This document shows positions 60,518-64,000 of a DNA stretch of 64,000 bases, one piece after another; positions within the stretch are counted from its first letter, which is position 1, and every line of letters starts with the position of its first letter. Source of the stretch: Entomortierella parvispora E1425 (Eukaryota > Fungi > Mortierellomycota). The DNA lies in the NCBI GenBank assembly GCA_020891255.1, contig BQFW01000002.1:2356001-2420000 (forward strand). Direction: 5' to 3'. Both the position numbers and the translations under genes were made by a program. The notes under the pieces are model-generated. The model was not told where the DNA came from and made no database searches. It was given only the letters and a program-made list of their open reading frames with translations.

Positions 60518-60953
60518 AGGAAGAGCCAATGGTCTATTTCCTTGTCTATTCTACCCTTCATCTGTGGTTACGATTAGCAAAAAAAAATGAATACGTTTGA
60601 CCCTTCGCTTTGAATAATATCTAATAAAACGTCAACTCTTTTCGCTTTTGCTGTTCTGTGTTCACCTTCATATGTCGTGTTGTCATCGTGCCTGTGAAGA
60701 GGGCCCAGTCAGCGTCGACTGTTCACAAACAAAATCAAAAAAAAATGGCTCCTGCTGAAGTGGAGTCGACGATACGCTCTCATGTTGCCCTCGCCCTGTG
60801 CGGGAAAACCACCCTTTGGTGGACTACAAAAGCAGTTCGACTTTCTTGCACTATTTGACTGTTTCCATTTTTCTTCTATCACCTGTCCTTTGTCCTCCTC
60901 CTCTCTCCCTCTATCCTGTTGTCTCCCTCACTCTCCCTCCCTTCCCAATAAAC

Positions 60954-61553
60954 ATGGAAGGACTAGTACACAGACAAATCCAGCTGGACAAGAATCCGTT
61001 GATAAATCGCCTCCGGTTCGCTATCCTTCTCTGGTGTATGGTCAATGCTATCTTGTTCATCGTCAATCAAGAAGCCATGTTCAATTCCGACCGTCAACAG
61101 GCACCGTCCGCATCCCCCGTGGCATTTACGGCTGCTACCATCATGGCCTGCCTCTTTACTTTTGTGGGCTGGTTTCAATTCAACAGGTGGATTCGGATCT
61201 CCTTTGGACCCCTCCTCGTAGCGCTGGGGATCTACTCTATGGAACAGTTGGTTACCTCGATCCATTTTGAACGAGACCCCATCACAAACAAAGTCTGTGG
61301 AGAATACGGGGGCGAGGTGAAGGCGTGTGTTATCTTCACTGTGGAGTCCATTGTCTTGGCCATTCTGTGGATACTGGTGGCGGTCGAGGTTTGGATCACC
61401 TTCAGGGAACAGACAGCGGCGATCCAGATGGAAAAGACCAAGGCGGAGGAAAACCGAGAGGAGATCGAACTGGAGTCCCAAAGGGTGAAGGACGTTTTGC
61501 AGGGGTATCGGGACCAACAGCAGGGACAAGCGGTGCTTGACGAGACAATATAG
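60954..61553 (+). CDS. Four-TM MARVEL-like membrane protein 5
   Basis: RLRFAI in TM1, DPITNKVC..YGGE..C loop, AVEVW, LESQR tail. Confidence 0.82.
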   Translation: MEGLVHRQIQLDKNPLINRLRFAILLWCMVNAILFIVNQEAMFNSDRQQAPSASPVAFTAATIMACLFTFVGWFQFNRWIRISFGPLLVALGIYSMEQLVTSIHFERDPITNKVCGEYGGEVKACVIFTVESIVLAILWILVAVEVWITFREQTAAIQMEKTKAEENREEIELESQRVKDVLQGYRDQQQGQAVLDETI

Positions 61554-61616
61554 AAATAGCGTTTTTTGCCACCAATCTTTATTGTTCTGTGCCTGGAAAT
61601 GTCAGATCTCAATCCA

Positions 61617-61670
61617 GCGATCGCGCCCATCCAGCGTTGGCGATCGCGCCCATCCAGCGTTGGCGATCGC
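61617..61670 (+). repeat. 23-bp direct tandem repeat (2.3 copies) containing GCGATCGC three times
   Basis: gcgatcgcgcccatccagcgttg twice, followed by gcgatcgc. Confidence 0.9.
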
Positions 61671-62138
61671 AGTCACTGTCGTCATTGCCATCTTTGTCAA
61701 GGAGAGGAGGGCGGATGGGCTGTGCGATCTTTCTGAGTGGATAGAGTCATGGCGGAGTGTGTTGAAAGGGCCTCTCACTTTCACGTCAGAAGAGGGTCTT
61801 TGTTTTGCCGTGGAAAAAAAATGGGTTCCTCCAAATGAGACTGCGGAAAGAATTGCCCCAAACGCGTCGCGCTTTTTCACTTGACTTCATCTCAAGGTCA
61901 ATGGATCTCTCTTTGCCACAAAGAGTAGCGCAGTCTTCGAGAGCCCTGCATCTCAGTTAAGAGGACCCGACTTTCGTTGACGCCAACTGAGGAGCATCCA
62001 TGACTGTCAGCCTCGAAAGGATTGCTATATCTACCTTTTTTTTTTGTTTCTTTTCCTCTCATCTCTTTTTTTCACCATCCATTCTTCCACTGATCCCTTC
62101 CCTTAGTGCCCACCTCAACCTATATTCAACATTATCCA

Positions 62139-62763
62139 ATGTCCTCCAACAACTTTTCTTTCACCGCGCCCGTTAACCCCCCAGGCGCAGAGCCTGTCCT
62201 CACGCGTTCCCAGGTCTGGGCGGGCCTCCAGCGCAAGGTCCGTCATGCGGACGAGTTTGTGCCCATGATCCTCACTTGCGAGGTCGTCTCTGAGGAAGCC
62301 AATGTCGTCACCCGGGTCATCACGATTGAGAACGGCCAGTCTCCGATTCGAGAGGTTTGCACAGAGTATGAGCCCTGTCGCGTTGAGTTTGTCTTGGAAG
62401 ATGGCTCCAAGGTCCACCACCTACTTGGCGTGGGAATGTCACCCGACAACACAGCAATCGACGAGGAACTCTATTTGACCTATGCCTTTGAATGGAAAGT
62501 ACCTCAGGGTGTTACCAAGGGAACCCCTCAGTGGAATGAGATGGTGGCGAAACATACCAAGGTACACAAAGAAAAAAGAGTGGCACAGGCATCCTTTTGC
62601 TCTTCAAGGCTTTGGCGTTTTTTTTTTTTTTGTTCCTGTGCTCAAAGTAAACTAATTTCCTGGGTCTTCTCTACTTTGACTATTCACATCATAGATGTCT
62701 ACTGGATCTCTGCTGAACAGCCTGAAAGTCCTGAGGAACATGGCCAAGGATGGTCGTATTTGA
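62139..62763 (+). CDS. DUF1857/AtaL-like START-Bet v1 superfamily protein, 2 exons (intron 62561-62693)
   Basis: APVNPPGAEPVLTRSQVWAGLQRKVR...EFVP, characteristic of the family as I recall it. The splice joins in frame. Confidence 0.8.
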
Positions 62764-63241
62764 TCAGCCCAAAAAAAAAAAAAACTTGGTGTTACATCCT
62801 GTAATAAACGTCCAACAGGCAAATTCTAGAAAAAGTTGATTCGAGTGATGCAGGCCTGTGCTGTAAGCAGCTCTCTCACCAAGGAGCGGAAGCGACGAAA
62901 CGATCTTGGCTGGGACTGGATGTGTGGAGCGGAGTAGTCCAGTACCAAGGGCGAGTTCGTTTTCAACAAACCGAAACACGGCAAAATCAACCTGCCCTGA
63001 AGACACTTACTTGTTCACATGTTCACCCATAAGATACTTTTGATGCCCCTGAACATGATGCCGTGTGCTCAGATCAAATGTGGCCTCCGTATCCGGTCAG
63101 AGACTCTGCCAAATAAAAACTTTGTCTTTGGTCCAAAAGCCTGAAAGCCAAACCAAAAACCAGCGCCACCACTTCGAGTTGAAGAGAATAAAAATTATAT
63201 TTACTTGTTTCTACATATCAAGTGCTCGTCGACACCATCAT

Positions 63242-63976
63242 TCAAGGATTGGTTGCGGCGGTGTAACCAGGGGCCTCTTGTCGGCCGTACACGTCTACAA
63301 CGGTGCCACCAAGAACATTTTTTGGTGTATACATTGGTAAGAGGTCCCCAGACGTCTCGTCTTGATGTGGTTCGTGCGCGGACAGCGACAGGTCTGGTCG
63401 ATACTCGTGCACTCCCAGGGGAATAGCACCAGGCTCATCCATCTCTAGTCGGGCCAATCGCAGCCTCTCTTTGTTTTCTCTCCTTTCCTTCCTCGCAGCC
63501 AGGAAGGCTGTGTCGTTGCTCAATTTCCAGCACAAATAGTTCTCTCTTGTAATCACGAGGGAGTTCAACACAAGAAAGCTTGCAGTGAGGGTCTGAAGGA
63601 AGCACAAGGCCTGGGAATACTGACGTTCGTCGAGAGCAAGGCAACTCAACTTGCCTTCGGATCGGAGTTTTCCAATTTTGACAAGGAGCCAAATCCCGAT
63701 CACCATGTCGGTGATAGCAAGGGCTAATCCAAAGGTGAGTCGGAAAATATGCCAGAAGCGAGCACGAGTCGATTTTGAAGGGGTATCGGTTGCTCCCATC
63801 GTTGTTGAGAGGTCGGAAGATGGTGATGTTGTGTTCATAGCGTTCCCAAAAAGACCCTGGACAATCCACACCAAGAGCCCAATCAAACAGAGACCAAGGA
63901 CGAGACCATGAAGGACCATTTGTGCAAGGTTCAGGAACTCTTGATTTTGAATTTGACTAGCAGAGATGGCAGCCAT
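63242..63976 (-). CDS. MARVEL-like membrane protein 6 with a Tyr/PY tail, inverted relative to the others
   Basis: Hydrophobic segments, loop Cys pair; tail GVHEYRPDLSL, LPMY, VVDV, APGY. Confidence 0.75.
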   Translation of the reverse strand: MAAISASQIQNQEFLNLAQMVLHGLVLGLCLIGLLVWIVQGLFGNAMNTTSPSSDLSTTMGATDTPSKSTRARFWHIFRLTFGLALAITDMVIGIWLLVKIGKLRSEGKLSCLALDERQYSQALCFLQTLTASFLVLNSLVITRENYLCWKLSNDTAFLAARKERRENKERLRLARLEMDEPGAIPLGVHEYRPDLSLSAHEPHQDETSGDLLPMYTPKNVLGGTVVDVYGRQEAPGYTAATNP

Positions 63977-64000
63977 AGTTGTTATGGACAAACTTCCACA

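Overview
Intron-rich, gene-dense eukaryotic DNA from a fungus. Intron style and gene repertoire suggest an early-diverging lineage such as Mortierellaceae, but this is inferred, not proven. Conserved core genes are a TKL-like kinase, kinesin-3, ArgJ/ARG7, a SET-MYND methyltransferase, XMAP215/STU2, XPB/SSL2, a BRD8-like bromodomain protein, COG6, a WHI2-like BTB protein and FIG4. Two accessory islands stand out. (1) At 28.07-35.82 kb, a ~3.8-3.9 kb tandem duplication carries four 81-aa secreted 6-Cys peptides in A-B-A'-B' order. Their cysteine framework matches the KP6-beta killer-toxin subunit as I recall it. They show parallel hypervariable sites, a gene-conversion tract, one-strand clusters of a CCTTGA motif in their promoters, an ATG-TAA element at the donor of a 5'UTR intron, and a captured dead copy of the XPB 3' end. 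(2) At 54.6-64 kb, six divergent intronless four-TM (MARVEL-like) genes lie in an array, three of them sharing Tyr/PY-motif tails. I saw no rRNA, tRNA, CRISPR array or intact transposon. All calls come from reading the sequence; no searches were run.
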